Part shown: one piece after another, positions 39,001-53,745 of the stretch
How positions within the stretch are numbered: position 1 is the stretch's first letter
How the letters are laid out: each line of letters begins with the position of its first letter
Origin: Balanoglossus misakiensis
Lineage: Eukaryota; Animalia; Hemichordata
Assembly: GCA_040954595.2 (NCBI GenBank)
Contig: CM082581.2
Span: 7,338,059 to 7,402,058 of the forward strand
DNA: 64,000 nucleotides
Direction: 5' to 3'
Notes under the pieces: generated by a model
Seen by the model: the letters and a program-made list of their open reading frames with translations, nothing else
Databases searched by the model: none
Told to the model about the DNA's origin: nothing
Translations under genes and position numbers: made by a program

Positions 39001-41376
39001 GTGAGATGATTGATGACGAGACAACTCCATGGTGTCAGGTGGTGTTTTGGGCTATAGAGACACTGTATACTATGACCTATTTAATCCACAGTACAGCAAA
39101 ATATTTTACAGCTATGGTAAATTAACATTGAAAAATGTATTTATTTCAAGAATGCAATATTAACCCCAAGCCACATAATACGCCAGTCAATTCTGTTAAC
39201 CATTCTTTCACTGGTAACCTAACACTTTAAGCAAAATTGCAAGTAAATTGTTGCACGGGTTTAAAGGGAAACAGACAATATCGTTTTTTCTTATTGAGGT
39301 GATTATATAATATTAGTTTCTAACTAAATAGTTATGATAAATATTAAATGTTAAATTAAGAGCTGCTGGGGCTTGAACCCAGTGAAGAGGTACCTTATCA
39401 CAAAATTTGGGAAAATATGAATGTACAAATAATATCCGAGAGTGCACCGAAAAAAATGTACATCTTACTGAAATATATGCTTTATTCGTGAAAAGAATCC
39501 TTCGCGGTCAGCTGCGCTGGTGACGGCGTGATAGTTTGTGTGAGTGACAGCGATCAAGCTACTTAAGTTTAATTCACCAGCATTTCACCATCTTGACGTC
39601 ATTGCTGACTTCCCTGACGACAGATTGGCGTATTTCTTGGAATTGTCACAAATATTCTAAGTTTAGTTCTGCCAGCCGCCATTGTCCAATTGTGTACCCA
39701 TCATTTCACCCGTTGCCATCACACTCACGTACAATGAATGTCACCCTGAAACACCCTACGCAAGCCAAACTCGGTCGAGCTAAAATCACCCTTCCCTCAT
39801 AAAAAAATCCCACTGACAGCTATCTCATGGTCTTTCGGGTAATTTTTTTTTCAAATCCCTTGCCTCCAAATCTTTTCAGCTGTGTACTGGCACTGGCATA
39901 TCGGCTGTGGCTAGGTGAAGGTGACCTTAACGCGTGACTGGTTGCCCACCCGGACATGTTAATCTTGCGCTCATCTAGTTGCTCTCGCGAGATCTCGTCG
40001 GCCATTTGTGGTCTATTGGCGCGAATTAATCCTCTCAGGAGATGATAACGCCAACGCGTGGCCGGCAGAGGAACACTTACTGATAAATTAAAAGTTAACA
40101 CACACTCTGCTCATAAATTATTTCAATTGCTCTCCTCTTTCCCGGGCTTGTTTACTGAATGAATGCAAAGAATGTACGATAGGATACGCCGTGTGATAAG
40201 TTTTTTTCAGAGGGTGTGTAGCTTATCGTAGTTGCCGAATGCATATCACTGCACCTCATGCATTCATTTATGAGTCATAGCCAAGCAGTTGCCACAACCT
40301 TAGTCTGGAATCCAGACTCGTGGTTTTTTTCGCAATGCTCACCTCACACACAGTCTAGCCTTGAACCGAGGACAACGAACTAAGTCAGAGTGTTTCCGCT
40401 ACCGCCCCTCAGGGTACAGTGTGAGTGAAAGTGTAGTCCAAGTTTCCCTTTCAATGGCACTGAGTGTATAGGTATTTTTTACAGAATAGTACAGTCACAT
40501 TTGAATTCGAGTCGTTTGGCATCCTTTCTCACGACTCGACTTCTTCAGACAAGCAAATCGTGATAAAAACAGTAAATAAGGATGATATGAAACGATCTGC
40601 GCATTAACGAAGCTAGCGTCGTCAAATGAAGGCAATTGGAAGCCGACACTCCCGACCGTTGGCGGAGGATTCTTTCGTGAAGAGCGACATTTCGGCGCCA
40701 GAGGACCCGTTTAGAGAGGTCATCCACTTGAAATTTGCAAACACAATTTACAAAGCAATCTGTTGGTGAATATTTAGCGTAAAATGTCGGAAAATGGTCG
40801 TCTGTGTCGTTTAGATAATAAACAACAACGCGCGAAACGTGAACAATTGGACCTTTATCGGAAGATAAAGAGTGTTTCATTTGTGAAATGATTCAAAATG
40901 TAGACTGATATTTGATAAATCTGCATTAGCAGTCATTGGCATCTATCAATATTCTTTAATATCTTCACGGGTTCTCTGTAATGCTTAGTATTGGAAATAA
41001 AGCCATGACCACACGTGAAATGCAAGCATATACCGCTGATGATAACCGAAGAATTATTCCGCCTTCTGAATAACGAAATACGTGGATATATTGCAAAACT
41101 GTTGAAAAGTGCAATTCCATCAAAGGCATGTCTTATTGTCCACGCTTCGTTTTCCACGCAATGGACTCTTTTCAGTTGCATACTCTCACGATCATTTGTG
41201 CATCGCTTACTCTGTATTACATGCCAAAGGTCCACAGAAAACATTTATAAAAGCGTGTGTGTGATATTTATGCCTTGTGATCCAAACACACTGGGCGCGT
41301 ATAATGCAGTCACCGATTCGTGTTTTCCTTTTCCGACTGACTTGTAAATTCATGAGTCGAGTGCGTCGATCTCCGT

Positions 41377-41378
<2 letters not shown>

Positions 41379-41408
<30 letters not shown>
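41379..41408. repeat. (GT)15 microsatellite
   Basis: Read directly. Confidence 0.95.
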
Positions 41409-41410
<2 letters not shown>

Positions 41411-42848
41411 TGGCGTTCGTGCGCACACCGGTGTTAGGAACTTGTTTGAGCAAAATGAGATGAGCGATAAACGTACCGCACGACAAATTTATATGCATGG
41501 TTTTTTATAGCTGCAAGGCTGAAAGTGTATCAGCCTACATGTATGTAAACAGAGTACTATCGTCTCCCATAGCTCCCAATTGGATATCGTTTCAACATTT
41601 TGTTTGATATTATCAGAAAATACACTTGTAACATCACGCCAGTTTCTTGTTTAATTGGCACTTACAGTTAGTGTATATCTTATCATAAAACCGCTAGGGT
41701 TTTAAGACGCGTTTACACTGGCCAAGTGCTCATTCAAGTTCCTCAATTGAAAGGCACTACGCTCTTGAGTGCCCGCAAGAGTGAAAACTTCTCAGGAACA
41801 CTCGAGACGTCGATAACAATCGCAAACTCAGATGGCTATGTTCAGTCGTGAAGGATAGATGTCGTTGAACCGTTTTTCATGAATGTATAACGAGATTAGT
41901 CATCGGTAGCGACTAAACCAATGTCACGACTACAACGTGTGCTGTGATCGTGAATATCTCAAGCCCAGCAGCTCGATCACGAATATAGTGCCCCCAAAGG
42001 CGCCTTGAAATAAGAGACACCCGCGAAACTGCTGTGTAATCCAAAACTGAAGTGTAGAGCATTTTACATTAATATGTCAAAATTCCACAAATGGCAAATT
42101 CCGGCTCATGAAATGTATATATATACTGTGTGTTCAAAAATAACAAATTACTCTGAAATTGGGCCACGTAACCTTTGTTTACAAACAGTTCATCCTGCTA
42201 ACAATCATATAGTCTAAGAGCAAACTGTTTATTGGATTAGGTGCCCTGGGTGTGGCATTTTGGCCTATACGGGTAGTATCCTGGAAAATGCTACTGTTTG
42301 GACACGACTAACGTAATATAATGTATCACTGTTATTAAACAGAGCGAAGCAGATTAATTTATTCACGCCTAGCTTGCACATCAAAAGATAATTGGTTTTA
42401 TACTCAGGACTGTCTCGATATGTTATAACAAATTCAGACCATCGGAAATGTCTTTGCATACTCGTGATTTGAATCCCGTTGTTGTTATATTTGTCGCCGT
42501 AAGACTTATTTTATTCACTTCGTCGGCTTTTTTACCGCTCTCAAAAGTAAATGTACACGTCGATGTAACATAGATTCGGTATTCAAGCGTATGAGGTATT
42601 CGGCTGAATGTAGTAATTGGATGTATTATTGAGCGCTGTTATTTGACAACTTATATATCCTCAGGTGCTAACTTACTGTTTATGACAATCACGTGAAAGC
42701 GCGTTGTTCGATACAATTGGTATCTCGTCGATAATATCTGTGACGTTATACACAGAATCGGAAGTGTGCGTTCGGCTATTTTGCTGCGTGTGTTAAGGCC
42801 ATTGTGTCTACGATATGATTGGTTCCCGGCAAATTGCTCGTTCTGTTC

Positions 42849-43012
42849 GGAGTGGCCCATTTCATATTGGGCGGGGGGGGGGGGGGGGTCTGGAGGGTTT
42901 TCGAAAACAATGAATATTGCCAGCCATCTGTTAAGAAAAGGGGAGGCCTAAAATTACAAAAGTTGCACTAGTCTTCCTCCAGCCCCCTCTAAATATCATG
43001 TGGTCTATCCCT
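42849..43012. mobile_element. Degenerate MITE-like inverted-repeat element with a poly-G arm
   Basis: GGGTCTGGAGG (42886-42896) and CCTCCAGCCCC (42976-42986) are inverted, with weaker outer complementarity; TSD not discernible. Confidence 0.3.
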
Positions 43013-44562
43013 TACTGAAGAGATTTGAATAAATGGTCATTACTTATATAGGCTCACAAGAATAAATGTATACTTCAAAAGCTAGTATATTTTCTCGGCT
43101 TACTTAAAACCAGAACTTCCCCAATCAGCGTTCAGTATTCATACGCACGACAAATGGGGAGAGCTATTGCCCTTTAAGATGCTCGAAGCGTCTCACAGTC
43201 TCAAATAAAATCCTATGAAGGACGTCCAAATTCCTCTTGATTTTTTCATCGCGGCTATCTAGTCTACTTCTCTCATCTAACAGCAGTCTTTTGTGTGACG
43301 TCGGAAGTCCCGTGTAAAAAACATTGGTGACGCAATCTACTGACGTCACACACTTATCTGTGTTTTCTGCGACTGTAAGATTGGACGACCGTTTTCAACC
43401 CAGCGTTTGCGTTCTTTTGTGATGCTGCACAGGTAAATTCTGTCGGTGATAAAATATGCCACCGACTATAGGGGATTTTAAAGTCACTTGAAAATGACGA
43501 ATTTAACTCCTGGCTGGCAGATTAGTCAAAACGCCTCAAACCGACAAGTAAGATACTTCCACGTGTAATCGAAGTACTCCCAACGGAGCCGCTCGAGATT
43601 TATTTTTCACGACAGTGGTTGCGGGTTGCACACAAGCAAACGTTCAGCATGCTGCACCGAACATTAACGAATGTGATTTTACTGATTATCACGCAGCGAG
43701 CCGTCACACTCACCGAGTGGAATTGTCGTCGATTGAGACAGCTCGCAAATTACGCGGGCGAGATTTGACGACTGCAATTGGCGAGGGAGAAACTATTATC
43801 GCCCCGTGACCGCTACCAGTTTTGTTTTTGGGTGTATTATCTACATTCTTTTGTACTTTTTCCCATCACACTACATGGGTAAGTCGCTATGAAAACAGAA
43901 CCGGAAAGGGTCACCTTCACACCACATGCCGCTAGATTCGCCACCGTTTTCACCTTGACAAACTTATTGTGTAATAAAGGGTATTTGAGAACATTGCTCT
44001 AATATCACCTAAATAATTATGATCTATATCATCTATATTTAGCAGCTGATAACATTTTACCGCGACTACAATCACATTTCTGGATATCTTCCCTTAACCG
44101 GTGAATTGGCTCCGCACAAACAACTTCATTTCTCTGAGAATTTCAAATGCGCCAATGTGCCGCAGATCTTCTGGAGTAAACAATCCATCGTCGCGGAAGA
44201 TGATTGGAATGACCCATTTAACGCCACCAGAGGACATCAGTCGGCACAGTGACTCAATTACTCTCTATTTGAACCATTAAAAGATCAGCTCAGACTATCT
44301 AATAAGCTTATCCACAGGCGCTGCGTCTACCTTCCCTCGTTAAAAACGATTCCTCCGAGATAACGCCATCAAAAGCAGGCGGATTAAAATTCATACAATG
44401 CTGATAAGCGTATTGATGGTATACCGAAGCTCGAATAACGCGATTTCCGTTCTTAAAGGAATGTATCACAAACACTCCTTTGTATTACAGTCACATAATA
44501 GTTCTTGTACTCCCACGTTACTCCACTGTACAGACTAAGCCTTCAGACGTTAGCCGAAAAAC

Positions 44563-44865
44563 ATGTATGTATGTCTATGTATGTATGTCTATGTATGTAT
44601 GTCTATGTATGTATGTCTATGTATGTATGTATGTATGTATGTATGTATGTATGTATGTATGTATGTATGTATGTATGTATGTATGTATGTATGTATGTAT
44701 GTATGTATGTATGTATGTATGTATGTATGTATGTATGTATGTATGTATGTATGTATGTATGTATGTATGTATGTATGTATGTATGTATGTATGTATGTAC
44801 ATGTATGTATGTATGTATGTATGTATGTATGTATGTATGTATGTATGTATGTATGTATGTATGTA
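44563..44865. repeat. (TATG)n tetranucleotide microsatellite, about 75 units, with TCTA and TACA variants
   Basis: Read directly; it produces the spurious MYVC/HTYI ORFs in the track. Confidence 0.98.
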
Positions 44866-45167
44866 CGTGCGTACATGTAAGTATGTATTATATGACACCA
44901 AAATGGGTCCAACAATTATTATCATTCAAGGTAAGCTTATTACCAGGTCCATGAAACCAATCGAAAGTGATAGCTGCGCAAGGTCACCTTGAACCACTGT
45001 TAAGTGGTGGTAGCAGGTGTCCGATTGGCAAGCTACACCCGTCAAACCTGACCCAAACTGACAAACTGAAGTGTAATTAGGGCGAGTCAAATCCACGAAT
45101 ACTGTCACTCATCATTTGAGTAACGGATGTGCCATATTTGGAAACACAATCTCTATATTTACCGTAG

Positions 45168-45349
45168 AGCTAACCTAACCGATCTACTTCCGGAGAATTC
45201 CTACCTCACTAACTTTGATGCCAATGAGCTACTCGAATATCACGCGCGGCAGTATTTTGCACAAGTCTGTGACCGAAAAAGCCCCCTGCAAAGTTTCAAG
45301 GAAGTGACACGTTCTCACGATTGTGAGAACATTTCTGACCAATCACCGG
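45168..45349 (+). other. Candidate orphan internal exon (182 bp, phase 2 in, phase 1 out)
   Basis: ctctatatttaccgtag| acceptor, open frame ANLTDLLPENSYLTNFDANELLEYHARQYFAQVCDRK...SDQSP, and CGG|gtaatg donor; no family recognised. Confidence 0.2.
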
Positions 45350-45965
45350 GTAATGTATATCATGGGTCACACATGACAGATCCCTGCAAAACCCCAAATC
45401 GACTTTTATGGTTTATGTCCTGAAACGAGAGAAGTGATCAAAACAAACACCTCACAAAGAAATCAATAATAGAGTTAATGAGTGTCGAAAGCAAGTGGAT
45501 AAACCGTGAAAGGGGGGGGGGGGGGTTACACCAGAATTGTGTAATCGCCGCATGCTCCACGCGTTGGTATTCCCGTCGTATCTCCTGACTGATGGATTTC
45601 AAAGCCATCGGAGCAGTCATTCGTCACTGACGGAAAGGAATTACGTGCATCTGCAGGTTAGCTCAGCTGTAAGTGATGCCTTGACGAAGCGGGTGCCACC
45701 AACGACTCTCTGGAGTCGAAACCCCACGATCAAACACAACCAGCATGCACTTTGTTTGCCTTAATCGCGGTGGTCAGAAAGATCTCAACTTGTACATGTA
45801 CATGACACAAATTAATTACACGCATTACAGAAATTACGGCAGGCTAATTCAGATGAGCAATTAAGATATTAGGTTTAAACTCCAGATTTGAAGATAAACT
45901 CGACATGGTCCTATAATACCTTGTTACCCAATGATTATCCAGATGGTGTACAGGTACAAGCACTT

Positions 45966-46141
45966 CGGAGATCCAGGTGGAGCAGTGGGCCGTGTGTTTT
46001 CCAGCCTGATCTAAAATCATGGTCTTTCGGGATGTTTAAAACAAACTTCATGGTTAGAGGGGTTGAAAGAGCTAAAATGTTGGTTATGAAGATGGACAAT
46101 TTCCAAGAACTTCCCTCATAAAATGTCTACCTGGATCTCTG
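45966..46141. mobile_element. Small inverted-repeat (MITE-like) element
   Basis: GAGATCCAGGTGGA (45968-45981) and TCTACCTGGATCTC (46126-46139) are inverted with 1 mismatch; TSD not clear. Confidence 0.4.
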
Positions 46142-49100
46142 CCTTCTCCTTCCTGCTGTCCACAAGGGGTTGGAACTAGGTAGGTTGGCAGGCGGATTTT
46201 CTGTACTCACTGTTGCTCTTTAATTTGTTTTGCTAAAGATCAAAACCTTCACTGGTGCCCATAACATAAGTCCTATTAAAATCCGTTTCATCTGTTTATA
46301 GATCACTTATTTTCACAGACCAGACCAAATAATGCAGACATCAATCTTCTGTGACATTAATAATCTGCTGAGGCGATTTATCAAACGCTGCAGGACAAAC
46401 CACCCATATGGTCGAAAACTGAGCCGGTCTATATTAGACAGAAATGGCACAGTGAGGTGAATATTAGTATAGGATTCTACATTTGTTTTGCCTTGCATTT
46501 GTGCTCATGCGTACACAGAGAAGTCAACGCAACCGCAGATGCTCATCTCTGTTGAATGAAAACCTCGTCGGTATCTGTCACCGCAACGGCGAGGGAGACT
46601 CGTGAATGCATTTTAATGCGGGTGCATGCGAAGTGGATTTCTTTGAGTGGGCAATCTCCGAAGAAGTCCCATTAAAGGAGATAAAACACTTTACATAACC
46701 CGCATGTAATCTGCCACCGTACCCCTGCTACTTTTAACCAAACGACACCGAAGGCTGCCTGCTCGGCGCGCGCATTTGAGAAAATCGATTTCTTTACCCT
46801 GCGGTTATAAACCCACTGGAGCATGAATTCCCAATCGAAATCAGAACGGTTCTGACGTCGAATTTTAATACCTAACTTGTATACACTCGTCAGGAGCGGT
46901 TCTCTGTCGAGGACAAGCATGCTGTGAGAAGCAAAATATCACGTAGGCTCAAGCCAAATCTTGGACAGAATGACATACATGTATGGACCAGGTGAATCGA
47001 AAAGTAGTAGGGCTACCATATCCCACATGTCGAACCTACCATGATCTGAGATAAAATACTAAGCAGTCACATTCGAAAGACAAATGACACCGATGCAAAC
47101 TTAAATGAATATTAATAAAAACAAAAACCTCCTCGGTGAGTCAGTATTATAAAAAAATAATGTCCGACACTACATGTATGTGTTTTGAAGTAGTGAAGGC
47201 TGAATACAACACGTGGATATTATTTGCAGCGCAAATGCCATCGGGCATTGATCTGGAGCGTGAAATGTCGGTCGTTGTTTGAAGAGCGCCACGACAATTT
47301 GAACTTCATCTCGATAAGTTCCGAACGGCAAATCTGCCGTTTTAATCTAAGGAATATCACGTCTGCCATCAATCTTCTCAACCACGTGTAGGTGTGTAAA
47401 GTACGTCAGCAATGTCGTTTACACGAAATGGGTAAATACTGATAATGGTGCAAAAATACATCCCCGTGCGTCATCGATTCAAATGCGATTTTGTGGTACC
47501 ACAATGCTATGTTGAGGAACTGCGAGCTGTACGTCGTATAAATAGTCATGGCCTGTACGACAGATACCAGCGGTTGTACACGTTTCATGACCACAAATCT
47601 ACATGTACCTTGCTCAATGTAAAATATTTAATTCTTGTATTCACGTTTGCGGTTGATTTTTGCCTGAAATGGTACTGCCACTGCAGCTATAAAACTTTAT
47701 GATTTGACAATCTTTGCATTAGGTAAAAAAACATGTCAGTTAACTGGTAATGCTTAATGAAAGTGATCTAGCTCCATTAAAATGTCATGTCAAATAGCGG
47801 ATCTCTTTATTACTGACTGGGTCTGCATGATTGGTATTATAAATGATCTTGGCCCCCAGATTTATCAACCCTATCGCAGTAAGGATATTACTTAAAGATA
47901 ATATCACGATTAATAAATTGCAAACGCTGGCTTTTAATAGCAAAATGGCTAGTATTGGTTTTCAAGGTCAAAGTTCCACCTCCAGACAAACGCAACATCG
48001 ACTATCTTTACTTATGGCTATAAATTTCATTTGCAATATAACGTATGCTATGCATGATGTTCCCCACACCAAGTGCGTAGGCGTAATGTGAATGGTCTCG
48101 CTGCGGTATAAATTGTCGAAACATCGCAAACGGGGGCATTACGCCGCAACTATCAACGAAAACTTCCAAGATATCAATAATTCTAGAAACTTCGTGTCCG
48201 TGCTTCTGTATCACCACGGAAACAAATCACGCGAGGTTAGAATTCAAACCCATTACAGGTGTATATGTGTTTTTCGAAGTGTGGTTTTCAATGCACGGCC
48301 TCCGGATGGCCCACAGCGCTTCGTGCAGATAAGATAGGTATTGATTTACCTCGCGGCAACAGGCGGATTAATAGTGGAGGGGTCGGCCAAACAATTTATC
48401 ATAATCGTGTCTTTTCTAATATCAAGTGTTCGTTTCGACACCATCAATAACCGGCAGATATAGCGCAAGAGCGTTTCCTCCATTGTGTCTCGATTTCCAT
48501 TACCTGAGGATTAACATTTCGAATTGAATACAGCTCTGTAAAGAACGTAGTTTACTTCAGGGTATACACCGGCTCACATACGACAAGTGTCTTCTAAGTT
48601 GCGCCTATCGCTGTATTACCGTCACTTTTCGAGTGGAGGACCACACTATTCTAGCACGTGCTTTAATATACAATGAAACTACCAGATCCGCGGCCCCAAC
48701 ATCTAACATTGCATATATCATTACCTGCCTCCGATATAATGATTATTGTAACTCGTTATACACCTTTCTTTGCCAATCTATACACTTTAATTAACTGTTG
48801 AAACCAGATCGCGTGTAAATTTTGACACCCCCGACATAAAGGTCTCCCATGCAGTGAAATTACCGCGAAAGTTGACGTCGGTTAAGCGCGTGTCGCTCTC
48901 AAAGACCTGGTATTTGCGCATCATCATGACGCTGGAATCAATATTCAATTCCACCGACAGAACACTAAACACCCTGCATAGTCGCCAATCCATCCAACAC
49001 TTCATGCGGCCATTTTACAATCGCGTCGTGGTCGCCTTATGTCTACATTTCCCAGACGGCGTGCTTTTGATCATTCCTCGAAGAATCCCAAGCGATTGAC

Positions 49101-52100
49101 TCCTGTTATAAATCTGCTCCGAGCTATCATGGAAAACGTTTCAAAACACCGAGATCGTGATCGTTTCAAGCCTATTTTCCCCCATTCAAGTCGTTGCACC
49201 AATTCCCAATCAAAACATCTTGTGAGTCACTGCTCATCGTCGGGACAGTCCATCAGGTTTTTTTTGCATCTCAAACAATTTATTCGCTTGATCACGGGTT
49301 ATACGCCGCCCGAAACCAGTGTAAATCACGCACGCTGTCGTAGTCATTTAACTTTCGGCTTTCGAAACTACAAATGGCTAATGTCCATCATACAATCAAT
49401 CCCTCTGACTTAAGTTAACATTCTTTCGACCGCAGATTGAGTTCATGACTGTGAGACCAGCTAGTTTCCGACTGATACAGACGACCTCGATGAGTCGAAT
49501 TATCTCTCGTAATTTAATAAAAATTAGCCTATATGAACTTTTAGTAAGAAAATTTGGAACGGTATGTACTTATGCGCACGCAATAAACAAACGATCAGTT
49601 ACAAAGGTCAATATATGTATCGTCGCTATGGAGATACAATAATATCATATCTATATGATATATCACGTAGTTTATCCCAGCGACAACGTAAAAACAAGCG
49701 GTTATGACACATTCCAAGACTTATTATTTCTACACGCTTTATCTGCTATTTGAGTTACTAACTCAAAACTAATGACTGGTATTAAAATGATTATCGTGCG
49801 AACACCTACAGCGCGAGTTGGGAATCGCTGGAGCAAATGAAATCGGATGTGCGTCCAACATGCGGATTAATTGTCGAAAATACGTGCCCGATGGCCCACA
49901 CGTTGTGTGACTGTCGAATGTAACGACGACAATTAAAGCAAAGTGATTTGTTTTGGCCGTGAGAGCCTGTTGACGCCGAAACTAACATCCTGGGAGATGT
50001 TTGGTTTTCCTTCTGCTGTTTTCAACCTTGATTGAATGCATGGCGGATTTTTTATTCACCTAGGTGTCACTTGGACAGGATGTTTTTGCGAAGGAAGGAC
50101 GTGCGGAATTATACATTTGTCGTGTGGTTCGGAGTGTTTGCCGACAGAATATCAGCAAGCGGCGATCTGCTTATTTGCTATGCCCGTGGTGCGGTTGAAG
50201 TCATTCGTCGTCTTTCTGACAGGGACGCCTTTAGATGACACGGGCGGTCATTGTGCAGGGCACGTCCGCAATCAGCCCTCTCTTGTGTCAAATCAGCGTG
50301 ACTTACATGCGAGCCGACGCGGGAGAATTTCCTCGGTAGCCGAATGGACCCATCCACGGTGTCCTCCAGGGGATGGGAAGTCGCACGGCGGATCATTGAG
50401 CTGTGCTCAATTCAGACTGCCGTCATTGCAGCGACGTAATCACGGGCAGTTGATCGACTGTATTGGAATGGAACGGAATGAAACGGAAACTCGAAGAGGG
50501 GTCATTTAGAGAAGAAAAACGTTCCAAAACTAATTTCAGCGACATCATTAGGGTTTGTCCGAATATGAATGAAGGCAAGCCGAGGGTTAGGGTGGCAACA
50601 AATGAAAAAATATAACACGCATATGGGATTTTAATCTAGAAATAACAAAGTAGGTCTCAGTAATCAAAGAACAGTTGTTGACAATAATGCAATATTGCAA
50701 GGAATGTGCGTTGCGTATCCTTGCAAGATGGAATGACATTTTGTGCTAGAGCATTGGGTTTACAAGCTATTGCAAAACCGTTTAAACGCATTACCTGGGT
50801 AAACTGAAGATAAAAACTCGATATAAACCCCATGTATTTGGATTGGCACATCACAGATTGCCATCTCGAATGCAAATTTCGTAGATCTTGTTTGTAAACA
50901 GCCAGCGGCACCATTCGTTAGATATTTTTGGGGGATTTATTTTCCAGACTTGTATCACGACTGGGGCCCCAGGATACATTTGCTAAGTTGGCAGTCGGGA
51001 ATTGCCCAACTAGGGAAAACAACTCAATTACACCGGAGTCGCTGCGACGAGTTACGCTCTAACAGATTTGCCAAATAAGTGTTGACGTTTTTCAATCAAG
51101 TTCGCCTTCTGCGAAGAAAAACAATCACGGGAAGGCAATAGCCGGTGAACCCCTGAAAGATGTTGCATGAGAGAATCTAGTTTTTTTTACTGCAATACAA
51201 GGTTAAGTCCGGTCAGTGGTGAAGAACACTGAAACACGTACTAGTGTACATGTATATGTGTTTTCTGTTTACTTGTAAATGGTGAAACTCCATGCACTAT
51301 CTTAAAATGTGTGTTTTTTTTTCTGTTTCATAATTGCGTCATACTCTGTATGCCTAAATCGTGGTGAATCTCCTGTATATTAGCAGGGGGTATTCTGCGT
51401 CTTGCGTAGAATAATAAAATGTGACTGCTCTACTGACGTACTTTCTGGTATTATGTTATGCCATGGAAGTAATTTGCATTATTAGATTTCCAAGCTGTGC
51501 GTATAACGTTTCGATGTACAGAACAACATGCGTAACGTCTGACATCAGACACAAATTGACCGACCGCGAAACTAACCGACACAAGAATACGCTGAGACTC
51601 TATTAGTGAGAGGGATAACGCTCTTAGTTGGTCACTATTGTTTTGGGAGGGGGTCGTTGCGTTGCAATCATGATACTTGGCTTGTGAAATTAGGATCTTG
51701 CTAAAGGTCTCACCAAAACTAATTATTGCTATGCATCACACACACTATATGCAATGATGACTGTGGAATAGCTCAAAAGCACATGCAGGATATACTCGAA
51801 ATGCCAACATAACTGAAGCATTCTTCGTTATATAAGGTATCCCTTCTTTGATATACATGGTGCAAAGCTAAATATAAACTCTTAAATGCTATAAGGCACC
51901 AACTTCAATGAAATGAACACTTTATTGCTTGGAAAGTATTCATATCGCGTTCAACTGACTTTGCATGAGTTATCGTAAAATGGCGAGTAAAATATCACCC
52001 ACTCTATATTTAAATTAAGCACTTAACCCAATCTTATCCGCGTTCACATTCATCGCTCCCTTCATAACTATCACCACCGCCACCATAATGCACCGCCATA

Positions 52101-53648
52101 GCAGGCGCCACTATGCCTCATCCGGGTTACAAAAGTTCACATAAAAGCCAAACTTCAATTCTTCGAACTCTAGCTCTTTACCTTTAAGTTGAAACTGGGG
52201 CTAAGCTGGGCTGCGATCCCCCGAGGGCGTCACAACGCGAGTCTGTACATAATCATCGCTCTGGAATATTTTATGGCAGATAGAACATTTATGTTGAGAT
52301 TTTATGGCCGGTTTGATAATAAAGACCTGCCCCATCGATGTGTTCTTTAAAAACTTATGTCAGGTGCTGTTCATATTTCAAAGGCAGACGTTTATCGGGT
52401 TACCGAAAAAGTTGACCACTTGGAGTAAACATGTGACGATAAGCACCATGTCAAATTTTACTGTCCGTGTGACGTAATATCTGATATCGAAATATTGACA
52501 AAATATTACATTTTATTTCAAAAATCTAACGATCTTTTTAAAAAATCGTATTAATTATAATTTTATCGGACAACAGCAAACTTTAACACCAAAGTACACA
52601 TATGCACGTGGTTCATGTAGTTCTGTTCACAAGTTGAATGCAGACGACATCCTTGCCAATTTCTATCGTCGACAAATTGCATCACCGATGCACTGGAATG
52701 CTCCATAAACTGACGAAGTTTCAACATATAAGCCTGACACTGTAATATGAATGATATCTGAAAGGATTCACACTTTGTGAGTGTGACTCGTAGACGTGTG
52801 TGTAATCTGCACGTGTTGATAAAGAGTTCGTTGCGTTCGGATGTTTGACATAAATACATTTGCTTCCATGGGGATAGTGACATGAAACTGCCAGACCCCT
52901 TGCCGGGGCAAAAGTGGTCAGTGTTCTAATAATTCAATTTATTATAGGACACTATAGACTGCTATACATATGTAACCTTAAATACGAACTTTTTTCACGC
53001 CTTGGGATACTGTCGGGCTTGTGTTACGAGGAATCTTTATCGATCACGTAAGGCCGGTGCATTCTTCACGACAGCCTCTAAATTCTAAGTAGATGTGTGT
53101 GCGGACTGTTTGAAAGGGGAATAATATTACATGGAGTGTCACAAGTGAGGTTATAGAAAACCGCTAGATCAGTTATGTGAAATACCGCACAGATATCTCT
53201 TGTACACCACGCTTCATAAAATGACAAAGTGAATTTCTTTTGATGATGTCCTGAACTATATCAATGTCTACAACGCGACCGTCATTATGTATAGTAGTGA
53301 GAATTCATTAATCTACGCACACAAGGCCGTTTTTTCCGTATTTTTTTATTTTCTCCAGGGAGGCTGCGTTGGTAACCTCTGCCAAATCCGTGTAACCTTT
53401 GTAATAATTATCGCGGCGATTTTTAATAATGGACTGTGAAATGATCTACTGCAGTGAAAGGCATCTACCAGAAGGTTAGAGTCGGAGCAAACAAAGAAGA
53501 TCATGTCACTTATAAGTTCAAACAGCCGACCGCTTTGTCGGAGGGTTTAGTTCTTTCCTTTGCAAAGATTGCCACTGCACGAAAGGACGCAAGGGCACCA
53601 GATTGTTTTTATCGTTTTTTTGTGGGTTGAATTATCTGACTAGCTAAG

Positions 53649-53745
53649 ACACATACATAGATGTACATACATGTACATACATATATACATGTACATACAT
53701 ACGTACGTTCGCACGCACGCGCGCACACACACGCACATACATACA
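53649..53745. repeat. Compound (TACA)/(CGCA)/(CA) simple repeat
   Basis: acacatacatagatgtacatacatgtacatac...gcacgcacgcgcgcacacacacgcacatacatac. Confidence 0.85.

Noticed and set aside
39369-39381. B-box-like GGGTTCAAGCCC on the minus strand (tRNA/SINE)
   Set aside because: No A box or cloverleaf upstream.
44480-44992. ORFs of 102-170 aa rich in MYVC/HTYI
   Set aside because: Translation of the (TATG)n microsatellite.
50700-50780. C-type-lectin-like fragment ECA...RWNDILC*...YCK
   Set aside because: Single short motif with an in-frame stop, off-consensus Cys spacing and no upstream WIGL/EPN elements; likely chance.
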